From positions 1 to 48,449 of the forward strand of contig JBLKOL010000004.1 of assembly GCA_047602765.1 (NCBI GenBank): DNA of 48,449 nt, read 5' to 3'. Both the position numbers and the translations under genes were made by a program. Shown here one piece after another: positions 37,068-45,672 of the stretch (position 1 is the first letter of the stretch; the number at the start of each line of letters is the position of its first letter). Source of the DNA: Candidatus Woesearchaeota archaeon. Its GTDB lineage: Archaea; Nanobdellota; Nanobdellia; Woesearchaeales; WAPJ01. Below the pieces are notes generated by a model. It saw only the letters and a program-made list of their open reading frames with translations. It was not told the DNA's origin and did not search any database.

Positions 37068-38480
37068 TTATATTCGTTTGGAGTGTACGAGCGATGAGAG
37101 CACGCTTCGTGCGGATCCGATGAAGGCGTCTTCATGCGCTCGGGGTACGAGCGCTCCTGCTGCGTTCGTGTGGCCTCCTGCTCCCCCGATGTCTTCGACG
37201 ATGCGCATCATCACAGCATGCAGGTCGTGTCCGGTGTCTCCGTGTGCTCTGAGCGATGCTTTGAGGTCTCCGTTCTCGAGGTACGCGTACGAGCAGATGA
37301 GCGCTGGGCCTTCGACTTCGTCCATCCGCGAGGCGATGGATGCGAGCGTTCCGATGATCGGTGCTTCGATCTGACCACGACCATCGACCAGGTAGTATCC
37401 TGGTCCGCGTTCGATGTTCTCTTCGAGGACGAGTTGTTCTTTGAACCATCCGATCGCGCGTCCGATCGCGCGTTTGTACGTTTTTTCGACGAGGAGCGCT
37501 TCTCGTTTGAGCTCTGCGATTCCCATCGCTGCTCCTACGCCGACCGATGCTTTGTCCATCCGGCCGCATGCGTTGAGCAGCGTTGAGAATTCGCGTGCGT
37601 CACGGAAGGGTGTTCCTTCGTCTTCGTCGATGAGCGTGTAGTTGTATCCGATGATCGATTCGGGTTCGGGCAGGTGGCTGCGTCTGATGAGGATGCCCGA
37701 GAGGAGTTTCATGCGTTCGTCGGGTTCGAGGTCGATGTATCGTCTCTCTCCGCGCGAGTGGTATATGCGTATGCCCAGCGAGTCGACGAATCGGTATGCT
37801 GCGTCAGGGTCTCCGGTGATGCCTTCGAGTTGGAGGTCGTGGTTGTATGCGAGCAGCCTAGTGAGTGGCCGAGTCTGTGCTCCGAAGAGCCTGATGCCTC
37901 GTTCAACCTTGATCGAGCCGTTCTTCATCGCGTCTTCGAGTATGATCTGGTTCAATCCTGTGAATCCGTTGTTCTCCTGGATGTCTCCGATGGCTCCTAT
38001 GATGGCGAGGCGTGCGAGGTCGTCGTATCCGAGCCTGCGTGCGAGCAGGTAGACGACTCCGGCTCCGCTGATACCGCTGTTCCCATCTTCTCCGTAGAGG
38101 AGCGGGTTGATGTGTACGTAGCCTTCGGGTGCCTCTGCATCGCTCTCGTGATGGTCGAGTATGAGTGTCGGCTTCGTGATATGGCGTGCGATCGATGAGA
38201 GCTGTCCCGATCCTATGTCGACGAATATGTAGCGCGGCGCGTCGAGGCGTGCGATCGTATGTGCGTGCTCGTCGTCGATCGTGTGTACGACGCTCAAATC
38301 GTATTCGATACCGCGTCGTCGCAGAATCTCGAGCATGATCGCGGCGCTCGTCAGTCCATCTGCATCGAGGTGGCTTACGACTCTGACGCGTTCGCCTGCT
38401 GCGTCGGTGATGAAGCGTTCTGCGCGCTCGTAGGCTGCGAGGAATGCGTGAGCGTCGTTGGTGGTTCCGCTGGTGGGCAT
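37068..38480 (-). CDS. recJ: RecJ/GAN/Cdc45-like DHH phosphoesterase
   Basis: SHLDADG, DIGSG, LDHH, GAIGD, LLNACGR and GGHTNAAG motifs; follows rps15, a common archaeal arrangement. Confidence 0.9.
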   Translation of the reverse strand: MPTSGTTNDAHAFLAAYERAERFITDAAGERVRVVSHLDADGLTSAAIMLEILRRRGIEYDLSVVHTIDDEHAHTIARLDAPRYIFVDIGSGQLSSIARHITKPTLILDHHESDAEAPEGYVHINPLLYGEDGNSGISGAGVVYLLARRLGYDDLARLAIIGAIGDIQENNGFTGLNQIILEDAMKNGSIKVERGIRLFGAQTRPLTRLLAYNHDLQLEGITGDPDAAYRFVDSLGIRIYHSRGERRYIDLEPDERMKLLSGILIRRSHLPEPESIIGYNYTLIDEDEGTPFRDAREFSTLLNACGRMDKASVGVGAAMGIAELKREALLVEKTYKRAIGRAIGWFKEQLVLEENIERGPGYYLVDGRGQIEAPIIGTLASIASRMDEVEGPALICSYAYLENGDLKASLRAHGDTGHDLHAVMMRIVEDIGGAGGHTNAAGALVPRAHEDAFIGSARSVLSSLVHSKRI

Positions 38481-38545
38481 CTGTGCTCGCTCGTCTCACC
38501 CTCCTTAAGAAGGGTTCGGAGGAAAGAAACGGTTTGGGGATCCTA

Positions 38546-39001
38546 CTACTGGATGAGCAGTTTGATCTTCGCAGGGTCGTACGTCCAGTCGGCTGCGAGC
38601 CGTCCGTTCTCCTTGTAGTATGATACGAGTCTTCGGATTTTGCTCTCTGTCAGGCTAAGCGCTCGTTTGGAGACGCGGTCCTGTCCGTTCTCTTCGATGT
38701 GCGCTTTGATCTTCACCGACTTCTTGATGAGGTCCATCAGGTCCTCAGGTACGTCTGGTGCTGCGCGCTTCTCGGTGAGGATGGCGAGCATCGTCTTTCC
38801 GGTGAGCGAACGTACGTCTGGGATGCCGTACTGGTCGCGCAGTACGAGTCCGATGCGGCTCGCGCTCATCCCTTCGCGTGCGAGTTTGTGTATGATGTTC
38901 TCTACTTCACCTGGGCGGTAGCGTACCCATTCAGGGTTGCTTCGCTCTGCGGGTCGTTTCGAAGCCGAACGACCGCCTCTTCGTGTGTGCATGCGTGCCA
39001 T
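38546..39001 (-). CDS. rps15: 30S ribosomal protein uS15 (archaeal S15/S13e)
   Basis: MARMHTRRGGRSAS, IGLVLRDQYGIPDV, PEDL and ESKIRRLVSYYK motifs. Confidence 0.97.
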   Translation of the reverse strand: MARMHTRRGGRSASKRPAERSNPEWVRYRPGEVENIIHKLAREGMSASRIGLVLRDQYGIPDVRSLTGKTMLAILTEKRAAPDVPEDLMDLIKKSVKIKAHIEENGQDRVSKRALSLTESKIRRLVSYYKENGRLAADWTYDPAKIKLLIQ

Positions 39002-39015
39002 TGGTAACCTTCCGA

Positions 39016-39074
39016 TCCAAGAATGAGCTGGTGGTCCGCCAGCGTGGAACCGCAGCGCGGCGCCACCTCTTGGA
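39016..39074 (-). promoter_or_regulatory. Structured 5' leader of rps15 (candidate r-leader)
   Basis: Closing stem UCCAAGA/UCUUGGA encloses two hairpins, between a TTAAAAA box (~39097-39103) and the start codon. Confidence 0.55.
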
Positions 39075-39126
39075 ATGCCTGGTGGTCAGAAGAGGACTTT
39101 TTAAGCGTAGCGGCTCGCTCATTCTC

Positions 39127-39384
39127 ATGGTTTCGAGGGTGCGATACGTCTGTGAAGGGGTGAGTATCATCACAGGCCTTGGAGCGCTCGCGGTGGGGGC
39201 GTACCTCTCGTACGAGTCTCCGATCACCGGCTCGTGGGTCGCACTCACCGGCTCTGCAAGTGCGGTTTGCGGGGCCGTTTCGCGCTCGTGGCGCATCCGT
39301 GCGTATGATGGGCTTGATGCGATCGTTGAGAGTGATCTCGAAGACGCTCTTGAAGGTGACGCTACGCAGTATTCGGATCGATGA
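39127..39384 (+). CDS. Small hypothetical membrane protein
   Basis: Two hydrophobic segments and an acidic tail; ATG about 24 nt after TTTTTAAG. Confidence 0.45.
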   Translation: MVSRVRYVCEGVSIITGLGALAVGAYLSYESPITGSWVALTGSASAVCGAVSRSWRIRAYDGLDAIVESDLEDALEGDATQYSDR

Positions 39385-39426
39385 AAGGTACGCAACGGTT
39401 AAAAGTGGACGCTCCGCTCATAGGCT

Positions 39427-40527
39427 ATGGCGAACCGTACCGCTGTTGAGATTGTCGAGTCGTTCGGCTGGAGCGTTCCTGAAGCGCTCCAAGTCGTGGT
39501 CTTGGGTAATTCGGTGCTCAACTACCTCTTCGCCATCGGTATCTTCGCTGTGATGACGCTCGTCCTCTGGTTCTTCAGGACGGTCGCGCTCAAGAGGCTC
39601 AAGGCCTTCAGTCTGCGTACGCGTACGGACATCGATAATGCGATTGTCGCGGCGATCGAGAAGCTCGGCGTTCCGTTCTACTTCGTGTGGAGTCTGCTTG
39701 CAGCCCTCACGTATCTCGACTTGGCGGCGTGGCTCGAGGCCGCGGTGTCGCTCGCATGGTGGATCATCGGAGGGTTCTACCTGATTAGGGTAGCGCTCAC
39801 GATCGTGGATTATGTGCTTGGCAAAGCGACTCATAAGGCGCGCGAATCCGAGGAGATGGATGATGCGATCGTCGAACTGCTCGGTAAGCTCATCAAGGGC
39901 GTCGTGTGGATCCTCGCACTGCTTTTCGTGCTCTCGAACTACGGTGTGAACATCACCGGGCTCCTCGCCGGTGCGGGTATCGCCGGTCTTGCGCTCGCCT
40001 TCGCCTTGCAGCAGGTGCTCAGCGACATCTTCGCGAGCTTCTCGATCTACCTCGATAAGCCCTTCCGTCGCGGTGATTTCATCATCGTCGGCACGGACAT
40101 GGGTGTCGTAGAGCACATCGGTGTGAAATCGACGCGTATGCGCACGCTCCAAGGTCAAGAGCTCGTCATCTCGAACCGGGAGCTCACATCGGTACGCGTG
40201 AACAATTTCAAGAACCTCGAGCGCCGTCGTGTCGTCAAGGAGATCGGGGTGACGTACGATACGCCTGCGAGAAAGCTCGAGAAGATACCCAAGATCATCG
40301 AGACGATCATCGATGAGGTTGACGACGTCGATTTCGACCGTGCGCATTTCAAGGATTTCGGAGCCTCATCGCTCGACTTCGAATACGTGTTCTTCGTCAA
40401 GACGGGTGACTTCACGCTCTTCATGGATGCCCAAGAGAAGATCAATCTCGGATTGGTCAAGGCGTTCAAGAAGGAGAAGATCGAGTTCGCCTATCCGACA
40501 CAGACGCTCTACGTGCACAACGAGTGA
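39427..40527 (+). CDS. mscS: Small-conductance mechanosensitive channel
   Basis: LLAGAGIAGLALAFALQ, DKPFRRGDFI, GVVEHIG and IEFAYPTQT motifs. Confidence 0.93.
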   Translation: MANRTAVEIVESFGWSVPEALQVVVLGNSVLNYLFAIGIFAVMTLVLWFFRTVALKRLKAFSLRTRTDIDNAIVAAIEKLGVPFYFVWSLLAALTYLDLAAWLEAAVSLAWWIIGGFYLIRVALTIVDYVLGKATHKARESEEMDDAIVELLGKLIKGVVWILALLFVLSNYGVNITGLLAGAGIAGLALAFALQQVLSDIFASFSIYLDKPFRRGDFIIVGTDMGVVEHIGVKSTRMRTLQGQELVISNRELTSVRVNNFKNLERRRVVKEIGVTYDTPARKLEKIPKIIETIIDEVDDVDFDRAHFKDFGASSLDFEYVFFVKTGDFTLFMDAQEKINLGLVKAFKKEKIEFAYPTQTLYVHNE

Positions 40528-40959
40528 CGGCATCCATACTCTGAGACCTGTTCATTGTTGCGCGGTGCTCGTCTTCGGATGGTACGGCCTCGAAGCCTTG
40601 ATAGGCTCGAGATAGGATGAATCTCACGTCTGCAGGGTCTATATACGATTGCGAGGAGCGATGATCGTCTGGGTGGAACGCCTATTTCGTCGTCCACAAG
40701 CCTTCGACTTTCATGCACGTCTGGCAGACGGGCTCATCGTAGAACATGAACCGTGATACGGGCAGGGTGAGCCTGTTGCACACCGAGCACCGGAATGGAT
40801 GCATGGAACCTCACCGAACGGGCACTATTTTTAACCGTTTCGGCGGTTCTGTGTCTTTTCGACGCGTATTCTCGTCGGCGAGGGGGTTTGGAGGTTTCAT
40901 CCGCTCACGTTACCGCAACACTTTATGCAGGCAAAATATGCTACTGGTTAGTGATTACT

Positions 40960-41388
40960 ATGAATTCAAGGAAGTCGATTGGTGGATATTTGAAAGCCGC
41001 AGCTCTTACAACGATTGGTGCACTAGCAGGTTACGTAACCTTCGGGGGGCAACACGCCTCGCCCTCAGCCGGGCAACCCGCTCCTGTTCAACCAGCCTCA
41101 TGCCACGTCTTCTATATTGAGGATAGTGCGCAGATGAGTGATGGTGGGAACGGAGTACTCGCCTATCCCGTCCATGGTGGCGAGGTTGGTGGTGTGCGCC
41201 ATTTGGGTATCGAGAACTTTGTCGATGACAACGGGAATAGGCTCCAGTTTTCTCCTGTTGGTACGGTGGTCGTTGCAACCGTTGGGGTTGGTGCTAATGG
41301 TAAGCCCACGATAACGAGCTTGGACCAACTTACGAGCGAACAAGTTGAGGGCATCGGTCAAAGAGTTCGTGAAGGCTGGGGACAATAG
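40960..41388 (+). CDS. Hypothetical exported/membrane-anchored protein
   Basis: Basic N-terminus plus hydrophobic helix from ATG 40960; more A/T-ending codons than neighbouring genes. Confidence 0.5.
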   Translation: MNSRKSIGGYLKAAALTTIGALAGYVTFGGQHASPSAGQPAPVQPASCHVFYIEDSAQMSDGGNGVLAYPVHGGEVGGVRHLGIENFVDDNGNRLQFSPVGTVVVATVGVGANGKPTITSLDQLTSEQVEGIGQRVREGWGQ

Positions 41389-41488
41389 CGCTGATCGTGC
41401 TCATCGATTGTACGCTGAACGCCATCTGAGAAGGGTTGGTAGGCGAACGCATAACGTTTAAGAGCACCACAGGATTCTCTGCGGTTCT

Positions 41489-42418
41489 ATGCAGTTCGTC
41501 GACCACCTCAAAGAGTACGAGACCGCGTTCTCGGGCATCATCGGCCAATCTGAGGCGAAGCGTCAGATCGCCTCAGCGCTCATCGCCCGGCGCAACATCA
41601 TCATATCGGGACCTCCGGGTATCGGGAAGACGTCGATCGCTAAGAGCGTCGCTCGGCTCCTCGCCGCTGACGGTTCGGCTCCGTTCGTACGCGTCCAGGG
41701 TTCGCCTGATCTTACGGCTGAGGATCTTATCGGCGACCTCGACCCACAGATAGCCCTTGAGAAGGGTGCTTCGGCGATCGAAGCCTTCGTTCCGGGCAAG
41801 ATCTTCAAGGCCTCAGGAGGGGTTCTCTTCTTCGATGAGATCAACCGTGCTCCTGAACGCTTGCAGAACGCACTGCTCCAAGTCCTCGAGGAGCGCGTCG
41901 TCACGGTCGGTACGTACGAGATGGATTTCGACGTCGACTTCGTGCTGATCGGTACGATGAACCCGAAGGATACGTCTACCGAGAAGTTGAGCGAGGTATT
42001 CTTGGATCGCTTCGACATCATCACCATGGATTATCCGGGTTCGGTCGATGAGGAGCAGCGCATCGTCGATGCCGTAGCCCTCTCAGAGCACGCGCAGCTC
42101 TCGGATCAGATGACCGGTTCGATCGTGGGGTTCGTGCACGAATTGCGCAGGCGTCCCGAGGTTCTTTTCGGTCCGTCGGTTCGTGGTACGATCGGCGTCG
42201 CTGAGCGTTCTCGTACGCATGCGATGCTCGCCGGGCGCTCAGACGTCACGTGGGAGGACGTGCGCGCTGTTGTCGGCTCGGTTCTGGGCCACCGCCTCGT
42301 GCTCAAGCCGAGCGCTGGATTCGAGACCGCTGCATCAGAGTTCGTCGAACAACGGTTCGACGTGTTCAGTGAGGAAGGGTTCGAAGCCGGTGAAGGTGTT
42401 CAAGGCTTTCGAGTCTGA
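41489..42418 (+). CDS. MoxR/ChlI-like AAA+ ATPase
   Basis: GPPGIGKT, VQGSPDLTAEDLIG, FFDEINR, GTMNP and LDRF motifs. Confidence 0.9.
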   Translation: MQFVDHLKEYETAFSGIIGQSEAKRQIASALIARRNIIISGPPGIGKTSIAKSVARLLAADGSAPFVRVQGSPDLTAEDLIGDLDPQIALEKGASAIEAFVPGKIFKASGGVLFFDEINRAPERLQNALLQVLEERVVTVGTYEMDFDVDFVLIGTMNPKDTSTEKLSEVFLDRFDIITMDYPGSVDEEQRIVDAVALSEHAQLSDQMTGSIVGFVHELRRRPEVLFGPSVRGTIGVAERSRTHAMLAGRSDVTWEDVRAVVGSVLGHRLVLKPSAGFETAASEFVEQRFDVFSEEGFEAGEGVQGFRV

Positions 42419-43541
42419 AGACACGGTTGAATCACACTCGGGTTCTGAGAAGGGCGCGTACCGTCCGAGCGAGTCTGAGCGTTCCGAACGCGAGGAGGGT
42501 ATGCTCGTCGAGGAGCTCGCAGCTCAGGGCCTTGGCCATTTCAATCCTGATCTCTTCTTCGAGAATCTGACGAGCGATTATCGAAGCGCGAAAGAACTCT
42601 ATGGTGAGCGCCTCATCAGCTTGGCTACCGGTGAGTCGGCCGAATACGTCCAGCGTAACATCAGAATCCCCGAATTCGAGAAGGCCTTGCGTGAGAAGCT
42701 GAAAAAGCAGAAGCGCGAGCTCGAGAAGCGCGGTCTCGTCAAGGGTGATTCGCTCACCGAAGCGGCGTATACGATGGCGGCTCAGAACTTCCTCTCCGAT
42801 GCCCTCGAACAACTGTACCGTTCGAGCTTCAACGAGTCGCACGGAGCGTCATCCTCTATCCTTGGTATGCGTGCCGATGCGAAGCCCTACCGCGGCGAGG
42901 CCTACCGTGATATCGACGTGCGCAAGACGCTGCGCAACGCTGCGCGCCGCGGCCATGCGAAGGTCGAGTGGGGTGATCTGCGCGCCTCTGAACGCACGTC
43001 CCGGCCTAAGCGCGAGATCGTATTCTGCGTTGACGCTTCGGGTTCGATGAAGGGTGAGAAGATCGCTCAGGCGCGCAGAGCCTTCTTCAGTCTCGCCGCC
43101 CGGGCGATGCGCGATCGCGACCGCGTCGGACTGCTCACGTTCAGCTCCGAAGGCGAGGTGGCTCATGCTACGTCGACGCCGCTTCCGACGATGCTCGTAT
43201 CCATGGTCGAGGCTGCACCGCGTGGTAAGACGTCGCTCTCCCGTGCGATCAATGATGCGCAAGAGCTCTTCACTGAGCGCGATGCCGACCGCCATATCAT
43301 TCTCATCACTGATATCAATCCGACCGAGGGGCTCAAGCCCGAGCAGGATGCGCTCGATGCTGCGGGGCGTGCGCGTGAGCGTTCGATCACCATTAGTGTT
43401 GTCTCGATCCGTGCCGAGCCGCAAGCTGTTGAGCTCGGTCAGCGTATCGCTGCGATCGCTCGCGGCCGCTACTATGCTGCTGAGGCGAGCGCGCTCGGAG
43501 CTATCGTCCTCCACGACTATGACGTGTCTCGTAAAGGTTAA
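42390..43541 (+). CDS. von Willebrand factor A (MIDAS) domain protein, partner of the AAA ATPase
   Basis: DIDVRKTLR, MIDAS DASGSM, DRVGLLTF and ILITD motifs. Start uncertain (GTG 42390). Confidence 0.85.
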   Translation: MKVFKAFESEDTVESHSGSEKGAYRPSESERSEREEGMLVEELAAQGLGHFNPDLFFENLTSDYRSAKELYGERLISLATGESAEYVQRNIRIPEFEKALREKLKKQKRELEKRGLVKGDSLTEAAYTMAAQNFLSDALEQLYRSSFNESHGASSSILGMRADAKPYRGEAYRDIDVRKTLRNAARRGHAKVEWGDLRASERTSRPKREIVFCVDASGSMKGEKIAQARRAFFSLAARAMRDRDRVGLLTFSSEGEVAHATSTPLPTMLVSMVEAAPRGKTSLSRAINDAQELFTERDADRHIILITDINPTEGLKPEQDALDAAGRARERSITISVVSIRAEPQAVELGQRIAAIARGRYYAAEASALGAIVLHDYDVSRKG

Positions 43542-43566
43542 GAGCTCGTGAGGCGGACGTACGCGT

Positions 43567-44184
43567 ATGCGCCTGCTCGCTCTTACCGATCTGCACAACG
43601 ACTTCAAGGCTCTCGAGCGCTCCATCACACGAGCGGGGGCGTTCGATGCGATCCTCGTACTCGGAGATGTCGGTGTGACGCGCTCGTCCATCTCACGCGC
43701 CTACCGTCGGCTCGCCCGTGAGCAGCGTCCCGTTTATGTGATCCACGGCAACCATGAGGATGAGGACGATGCGCGCGAGCTCGCCGGTGTCCACGGATTG
43801 CTCTTCGCCCACCGCGCCGTCGTGCCCCTCGAGGACGTGTTCGTCGTGGGGTATGGTGATGACGGATTCTCGCAGGAGCGCCCTGACCTTGATGCCTTCA
43901 CTGAGCAGCTTCCTGATCTTGCGCATCGTTCGATCGTACTGACCCATGCGCCTCCGCTCGGCACACCCCTCGATGATCTCGATGGTGATCATGTCGGTGA
44001 TATGAGTGTGCGTCGGCTCATCGAGCGCGTAAAGCCCCTCGTAGCCCTCTCAGGACACATCCATGAGAACTTCCATGCGGGTGGTACGCTCGGTGATTCG
44101 ATCATCGCCAATCCCGGTCTTGGCACGATTGTGGTGATCACCAAGACGGCTCAGGGCTATGCGGTGAGCCTCAAACGCCTCTGA
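43567..44184 (+). CDS. Calcineurin-like metallophosphoesterase
   Basis: TDLH, GD, GNHE, THAPP and SGHIHE motifs. Confidence 0.92.
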   Translation: MRLLALTDLHNDFKALERSITRAGAFDAILVLGDVGVTRSSISRAYRRLAREQRPVYVIHGNHEDEDDARELAGVHGLLFAHRAVVPLEDVFVVGYGDDGFSQERPDLDAFTEQLPDLAHRSIVLTHAPPLGTPLDDLDGDHVGDMSVRRLIERVKPLVALSGHIHENFHAGGTLGDSIIANPGLGTIVVITKTAQGYAVSLKRL

Positions 44185-44322
44185 ACGGGAATCTCGGTGG
44201 GTGTGCGGGTTCTGTGTCGTGCGGTTCTGTTCAAAGCGTTCTACGGTGTATTCGCGGAGCGTTCATACAACGTATCAGAACTTTTATATACGCCATATCT
44301 ATATCTGTATATGTGAACTCAT

Positions 44323-44562
44323 GTGGTACAAGCGATGATCGCTATCGGAGAGCGGACGAACCGCGTCCTCAACATCGTGAAGGCCAAGTACGGCCTTAAG
44401 GATAAGTCACAGGCGATCGAACTCGTCGTCTCTGACTACGAGGCGCAGTTCCTCGAGCGCGAACTCCGTCCCGAATTCGTCGAGAAGATCGAGCGGGTCG
44501 AGAAGGATGGGTTTCGCCATCAGAGCCTTGACGCCTTGAGAGACGAGACTGAGAATGCGTGA
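44323..44562 (+). CDS. Putative antitoxin (DUF2683-like, RHH-type)
   Basis: MVQAMI...NRVLNIVKAKYGLKDKSQAI...ELRPEF; overlaps the toxin start. Confidence 0.8.
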   Translation: MVQAMIAIGERTNRVLNIVKAKYGLKDKSQAIELVVSDYEAQFLERELRPEFVEKIERVEKDGFRHQSLDALRDETENA

Positions 44563-44830
44563 ATCCGCGTTCTCCGATCACCTTACCAAGCTCCTCGCGA
44601 AGCTCTCCAAGAAGGACCGAACGCGCTATCATGCGACGCTCAAGAAGATCGAGGAGATACTTACCTGTGAGAACATCGACCACTACAAGAATCTGCGTGC
44701 ACCGCTCCAACACCTCAAACGCGTCCATATCGACTCGAGCTTCGTTCTGACGTTCCGGTTCGATAAGAACGATGATACGGTCTATTTCTACGACCTCGAC
44801 CATCACGACCGCATCTACCGTGCACCGTAG
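44555..44830 (+). CDS. RelE/ParE/YafQ-family toxin
   Basis: KLSKKD, HYKNLRAPL, RVHIDSSFVLTF and DHHDRIY motifs; 91 aa, downstream of the antitoxin. Confidence 0.85.
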   Translation: MRESAFSDHLTKLLAKLSKKDRTRYHATLKKIEEILTCENIDHYKNLRAPLQHLKRVHIDSSFVLTFRFDKNDDTVYFYDLDHHDRIYRAP

Positions 44831-44931
44831 CGAGAGATCGTTCTCGCTTCGCTGACGCAGCTATCTTCGGTTTCGCTCAGCTGCTTCGGAAACATCTGCT
44901 CTTTATCCGCTCGCACAGCCGAGCTACGCTT

Positions 44932-44953
44932 CAGCGCTCAGGTTTGGGCGCTG
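44932..44953. terminator. GC-rich hairpin downstream of the toxin-antitoxin operon
   Basis: CAGCGCTCA-GGTT-TGGGCGCTG. Confidence 0.35.
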
Positions 44954-44978
44954 TATGGCTTCGAACGATCCGTACAGG

Positions 44979-45245
44979 GTCTCACTATCGTATTGAGATT
45001 GTCTCTGAGACGCCTCGGGACTGGATCGGGACCGTTCCATACGACAGAGACTGCATAGGTGAATAGATATATAAATAACTTAAGAATAAAAGGGGTTAAT
45101 GAGGGGTTTATCGTGGTCAAAACGAGTTCCATCGGAAATGAAGGGGTGGCGTGCGAACGTCTTGAGACTGTCTCAGAAACGTCTCACATTTCCGAAAGAT
45201 TCTTATATGAGTGTTCCACAGATGTTCCATGGAAGGGTTCGGGGA
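44979..45245. other. Candidate replication origin: ORB-like box, AT-rich unwinding element and TGAGAC repeats
   Basis: GTTCCATCGGAAATGAAGGGGT at 45126-45147 resembles the archaeal ORB (TTCCA.TGGAAA...GGGG). An AT-rich stretch lies at 45061-45090, with TGAGAC/GTCTCA clusters on both sides. Confidence 0.6.
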
Positions 45246-45672
45246 TGACGCTGATGCGTCACCATCAGACTTACTACGAGAAATAACCGAACTGAAGAGG
45301 AGCAACCAGAGGCTCGAAAGGGCCTTTGTTGCTCTCTCTCAGATCCTCGAGAACCAGCAGAGCATCCTCAATTCCATCGCCCCGCAGGGCGTTCAGACTC
45401 ACCCCCACGATACGTTGCGAAAAGAGTTCGAGCGGAAACTCAAGCGGGGAAGGGCTTCGATCGTCAAAGAGAAGATCCTCGCGCACCTCGAGCGCGCGGG
45501 AACCGTAGAGCTCTCAGAGCTCAAATTCCTCTTCGTCGACCAACTCTCATACACCTCCAAAGCGTCCTTCTACCGCTATGTTTCCGATCTCTCCAAGAGC
45601 GGTGCGATCGCCGAATCGGATGTGAACGGCCAAACCTACTTGAGCCTTGGTCGGATCGAGCGGACGCACTAG
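45229..45672 (+). CDS. Coiled-coil plus C-terminal winged-helix DNA-binding protein
   Basis: Heptad N-terminus (LREITELKRSNQRLE) and a C-terminal KILAHL...LSELK...SKASFYRYVSDL...G.I wHTH pattern. Confidence 0.65.
   Translation: MEGFGDDADASPSDLLREITELKRSNQRLERAFVALSQILENQQSILNSIAPQGVQTHPHDTLRKEFERKLKRGRASIVKEKILAHLERAGTVELSELKFLFVDQLSYTSKASFYRYVSDLSKSGAIAESDVNGQTYLSLGRIERTH

Noticed and set aside
42183-42418. Programmed frameshift fusing the AAA ATPase to the vWA protein (chlD-like)
   Set aside because: The frames overlap, but I see no slippery heptamer or A-run, and a plausible independent GTG start exists.
44830-45245. CRISPR array
   Set aside because: The repeats are 6-13 bp and irregularly spaced, with no constant 25-40 bp repeat plus spacers and no cas genes.
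45059-45286. 75-aa ORF containing SSIGNEGV
   Set aside because: The peptide is simply the translation of the ORB-like and TGAGAC DNA motifs across an AT-rich region, so it is more likely non-coding.
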